Of a stretch of DNA of 64,000 bases, positions 62,134-64,000 are shown in pieces. The notes under the pieces were generated by a model. That model worked only from the letters and a program-made list of their open reading frames with translations. It had not been told where the DNA came from and did no database searches. The DNA lies in the NCBI GenBank assembly GCA_016432645.1, contig CP066698.1, positions 133,062 through 197,061 of the forward strand. The letters are read 5' to 3'. How positions within the stretch are numbered: the stretch's first letter is position 1; each line of letters begins with the position of its first letter. This DNA is from Candidatus Falkowbacteria bacterium (GTDB lineage Bacteria; Patescibacteriota; Patescibacteriia; Patescibacteriales; UBA12465). Made by a program: the position numbers and the translations under genes.

Positions 62134-63807
62134 ATGTCTACTTTATATCGTGATTATCGTCCGCAAAATTTTTCCGAAGTTTTAGGACAGAAACACATCA
62201 AAATTACTTTACAGAATGAAATCGGCGCCGGTAAATTAGCGCAAGCCTTTTTATTTTGCGGTCCTCGGGCTGTCGGCAAAACAACCTTAGCTAGAGTATT
62301 AGCTAAGTCAGTTAATTGTTTGGAAAGAAAAGACGGGGAATATGAGCCTTGTGGACATTGCGCTAATTGCCTTTCCATCGCCGGCGGCAATAATCTGGAT
62401 ATTATTGAAATTGATGCCGCTTCTAATACCGGAGTTGATAATGTGCGCGAGAACATTATTTCTTTCTCTAGAGTAGCGCCTTCGGTGACCAAATATAAAG
62501 TTTTTATTATTGATGAAGTGCACATGCTTTCACCATCAGCTTTTAATGCTCTATTGAAGACAATTGAAGAACCGCCAAGCTATGTAATTTTTATTTTATG
62601 TACGACGGAAATTCATAAGGTCCCGCTGACAATTATTTCCCGCTGCGAACGTTTCGATTTTCGGCGCATCAGTATTTCCGAAATTGTAAAAAAGTTGCGC
62701 TATATTTCGGATAAAGAAAAAATAGCCATTGATGATGAAGTTTTAGAAGCAGTAGCCAGAAAAAGCGGCGGCCATCTGCGTGATGCTGAAAGCTTGCTGG
62801 GCCAGATTTTTTCCCTGGGCGACAAAAGAATAACCTTAGAGCAAGCTGAGTTGGTAATCCCGCATTATAACAGCAGTGAGAGCGTTGATTTACTGGAACA
62901 CTTAGCTCGCAAAGATGCCGCTAAGGCCATCAGCTTAATTAATTCCTTGGTAGACAGCGGCACCAATATCCGTAATTTTAACAGCGATGTAATCAGTCTG
63001 TTGCGCAAAATGATTTTAAGCAAAGTTAATCCGGAGCTTTCCGACAGTTTTGGTTTAAATTTGGGCGACAGTTTAGAAATTAGAGTCAATGGAATTTTAG
63101 GATTATTAACGCTTGATAATTTAATTTTTTACGCCCGCAGGCTATTGGAGGCGTATAACGAAAAAAATCAGCTCATTCTCCAATTGCCTTTAGAATTAGC
63201 GGTAATTGAAATTTGTTTAGGAGAAAAAAATAGCGCTCGTTTAGTAACTGAAGAAACGGCCAATACTCCAGTTTATGATGCTAAAAAAACGGCTGCTTCT
63301 AATTTAAGCTCAGCAACAGCCACTAAATTGAATACCGCGCCGCTTAAAATAGAAACAACTAAAATTAAGCTGTCTAATCCGGCAGCAGATTTAAATCAAT
63401 CTGATATTTTGGAAAAATGGCCGGAATTTTTGGTAAAAATTAAAAAGCATAACCATTCACTATCTTTTGTTTTACAAAATTGCGAACCCCAGTCGCTTCA
63501 TAACGGTATTTTATGCCTGTTATTTAAATATAAGTTTCATCAAGATCGAGTTAACGACAGTAATATTAAAAGTATCGTAGAAAGCACACTGGCTGAAGTA
63601 TTCGGTGGCGCCGTCGCGCTTGATTCGCGTTTAGATGAAAATTTAGAAATTAAAAAAAATCAGAGTGTTTCCGGTTTTGGAGTTATGGATGATTCTGTCG
63701 CTCCTTCTTCTGCGCCTTCATCCGCCGGCGCGGCGGATATTAAAAAAGATCCCGGAGCGATGATGGATAATCTTCTCAAAGCTTTCGGCGGCGAAGTAAT
63801 CAATTAA
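62134..63807 (+). CDS. dnaX: DNA polymerase III subunit gamma/tau
   Basis: YRPQNFSEVLGQ, GPRAVGKTT, a zinc module CGHCANC, and DEVHMLS. Confidence 0.9.
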   Translation: MSTLYRDYRPQNFSEVLGQKHIKITLQNEIGAGKLAQAFLFCGPRAVGKTTLARVLAKSVNCLERKDGEYEPCGHCANCLSIAGGNNLDIIEIDAASNTGVDNVRENIISFSRVAPSVTKYKVFIIDEVHMLSPSAFNALLKTIEEPPSYVIFILCTTEIHKVPLTIISRCERFDFRRISISEIVKKLRYISDKEKIAIDDEVLEAVARKSGGHLRDAESLLGQIFSLGDKRITLEQAELVIPHYNSSESVDLLEHLARKDAAKAISLINSLVDSGTNIRNFNSDVISLLRKMILSKVNPELSDSFGLNLGDSLEIRVNGILGLLTLDNLIFYARRLLEAYNEKNQLILQLPLELAVIEICLGEKNSARLVTEETANTPVYDAKKTAASNLSSATATKLNTAPLKIETTKIKLSNPAADLNQSDILEKWPEFLVKIKKHNHSLSFVLQNCEPQSLHNGILCLLFKYKFHQDRVNDSNIKSIVESTLAEVFGGAVALDSRLDENLEIKKNQSVSGFGVMDDSVAPSSAPSSAGAADIKKDPGAMMDNLLKAFGGEVIN

Positions 63808-63827
63808 ATAATTTAACCCTTAAAAAT

Positions 63828-64000
63828 ATGCTGGATATTAAATTTATCAGAGAAAATTTAGCAGAAGTTAAAACCGGTCTTTTAAAAAGAATGCCGGCGG
63901 ATAAGCTTAATCTGGAAGGAGTGATTGCTCTCGACGATAAGCGTCGCGAGCTGATTGCAGCCTCGGAAGAGCTGAAGGCGGAACGCAATCGCAATTCCAA
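63828..64000 (+). CDS. serS: seryl-tRNA synthetase, 5' fragment (runs off the window)
   Basis: MLDIKFIRENLAEVKTGLLKR...ELKAERNRNS matches the SerRS N-terminal coiled-coil arm. Confidence 0.8.
   Translation, partial: MLDIKFIRENLAEVKTGLLKRMPADKLNLEGVIALDDKRRELIAASEELKAERNRNS

Overview
This is a gene-dense, low-GC bacterial chromosome segment that uses the standard genetic code (TGA acts as a stop). No rRNA, tRNA, CRISPR array, transposase or integrase was recognised.

Content:
- Streamlined housekeeping genes: tyrS, metG, the 5' end of serS, secE-nusG-rplK-rplA, rpmA, pyrG, dnaX, rsmI, tsaC, nifS/iscU, a DEAD-box helicase, CspA, an RRM protein, ABC-F, CorA, PNP and malic enzyme.
- An isolated type IV pilin, an O-antigen-ligase/TPR fusion and five Nudix hydrolases.
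- A large fraction of small orphan proteins.

This mix suggests a Candidate Phyla Radiation/Patescibacteria (Parcubacteria-like) genome. That placement is inference.

Main leads:
1. A minus-strand RiPP-like locus (6046-9581). It has two tandem radical-SAM enzymes, one with a textbook SPASM motif and a ~105-aa N-terminal extension, and an HExxH protein. Upstream is an unannotated 30-aa Cys/Ala/Thr-rich micro-ORF with its own promoter and a trailing hairpin.
2. A split NOX/FRE-type transmembrane electron-transfer operon (20662-24101). The flavin/NAD(P)H dehydrogenase module and the bis-heme ferric-reductase membrane module are separate genes. An ApbE flavin transferase and Ca-binding TSP3-repeat proteins lie between and around them.
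3. Recycled promoter/terminator/leader DNA around orphan genes. This includes two near-identical intergenic elements (A, B), a reused terminator family, and a recurring leader motif (T)CGAAC(W)TTTAAAAA. The motif also precedes the micro-ORF and the radical-SAM genes.
4. Two orphan promoter-to-terminator units with no substantial ORF (33811-34008 and 42220-42370, both minus strand).

All functional calls come from motifs read in the supplied translations. No database search was run.
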